DNA from: Felis catus
Taxonomy: Eukaryota
Length of the DNA stretch: 64,000 nt
Direction of reading: 5' to 3'
Assembly (NCBI RefSeq): GCF_018350175.1
Contig: NC_058369.1
Location: 19,594,001 to 19,658,000, forward strand
In this document: positions 62,650-64,000 of the stretch, in pieces
Numbering within the stretch: the stretch's first letter is position 1
How the letters are laid out: the number at the start of each line of letters is the position of its first letter
Notes under the pieces: model-generated
Seen by the model: only the letters and a program-made list of their open reading frames with translations
Told to the model about the DNA's origin: nothing
The model's database searches: none
Program-made: the position numbers and the translations under genes

Positions 62650-63640
62650 AGGTGAAATAAAGCCAGACCCAGCCTAAGTACCCAGATTGACTCAGTCTCC
62701 TAGCCTAGTGGCTCCTATTATTGTCTGGCATACAATAGAAAATTGTGAGACATGCAATGAAAGAAGATAAAAATGACTCATAATCAAAAGACAAAATAGT
62801 CAATAGAAGCAGCCTCATAGATGACCTAGATGTTGGCATTAACAGAGAGGGACTTTAAAGTAACTGTGATAAGTATGCTTTTCATACATGTATGAAGAAG
62901 TGAAGAATTTCAGCAGGGAAGTGGAAATTGTAAAAGAATGAGCCACATAGGAATTTTAGAACCAAAAAGTTCAGGATCAGAAATGAAGAATTCATTTGAT
63001 GGGCTTAGCTGCAGGACAGGACATAGCAGTAGAAAGAATAAGGCAACTGATGGTGCCTTAGAAGTTATCCATGCTAAATTAAAGAAAAAGATGGATGATA
63101 ATAAAACTGAACAAGTTTTGAGATCTGTAGGATACAATCAAATTAACATATGGGTGCTTGGAATCCCAAGAGGAGACTAGACAGAAAATGGAATAAAAAA
63201 TAATTGAGAAAATAATGGCTGAGAATTTTCTAGTATTAATGAAAGATACCAGTGCACAGATCCAAAAAGTTCACAGAAACCCAAATAAGATTACCTAGGT
63301 AAATTACATTCAAAGAAAATCTTAGAGATAAAAGGCACCTTAGTGGAGAAACAACAGGAATAAGTAATAATGTCTCAGAGTTTATAGCATGTGTAGAGGC
63401 AAAATATGACAATAGGAACACAAATGATAGGAAAATAGAGATACTGAAGTCAGTTCTTACATTGTTTCTGAGGTATTAAAATATTACTTAGGGAAAGACT
63501 ATAGTAAATTAAGGATGCATATCATAGTCTCTAAAGTACTAAAAATACCAAATAGTGTACCTAAAAAGCCAGTAGAAGAAACAAGTGAAATTGTAAAATA
63601 TGTTCAATTAACCAGAAACAAGGGACATGAAGTTACCAGT
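62650..63640 (+). mobile_element. Ancient L1/HAL1 ORF1-like remnant
   Basis: A-rich; degenerate INIWVLGIP.. and AENF motifs resembling ORF1p. Confidence 0.55.
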
Positions 63641-64000
63641 AATAACAGAGTAGGGAGGTTTAAAGATTCACCCGTCTACTGAAGCAACAATTAAGCTGGT
63701 AAAAACTGTTATTATGAACTTTTTTTGAGCTCTGGAATCTAACAAAAACTATAAAACCAGGTGAATGCTTAATGAAGAAAGAGGCTTATAAATTTTGGTA
63801 AAAGGGTATTGTGGTCCTTTTACTTACCCACCTTCTATCCCCTACATTGCCCAGCTGGTAACAGCTGTGGGAGCAACAGCCCATGTACCTGGTGTGGGTT
63901 TCTAGTGCCAGAGTGGGGCAATATGGATTTTATTCTGAAAGAATTGGGGTTGTGTACTTTGGCCTGTCTAGTAGTGCCATGAGTGATTAGCTCAAGGTCT

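Larger units (their letters stand above)
18976..64000 (+). other. DOCK3: DOCK3 intron 1 (probably continues past the window end)
   Basis: Begins at a GT donor; no exon-2 peptide (VICSFRGSVPQG...) seen in the ORF track or by eye; the sequence is repeat-dominated. Confidence 0.75.

Overview
Mammalian DNA, almost certainly from a felid, judged by the felid-type Can-SINEs and a carnivore L1. The first ~18 kb is intergenic and repeat-rich. A CpG island at ~18.4-19.3 kb holds the promoter and first exon of DOCK3 (MWTPTEEEKYGV, 37 coding nt, + strand); its 5' leader carries a miR-4787-like hairpin and a 9-aa uORF. The rest of the window is DOCK3 intron 1 (I found no exon 2), packed with SINEs, L1 fragments, L2/MIR and old LTR/DNA-transposon remnants. 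The largest insert is a full-length ~5.95-kb L1 (44518-50472, 16-bp TSD), sense to DOCK3, with intact ORF1 and an ORF2 broken by two compensating 1-nt A-run indels. Other notable structures are a candidate SINE-L1 chimera, a twin-primed inverted L1, repeatedly reused target sites and two unexplained upstream segments. I found no convincing new biological system; most items are instances of known phenomena. Gene and repeat names come from memory of the families, not database searches, and repeat boundaries are approximate.
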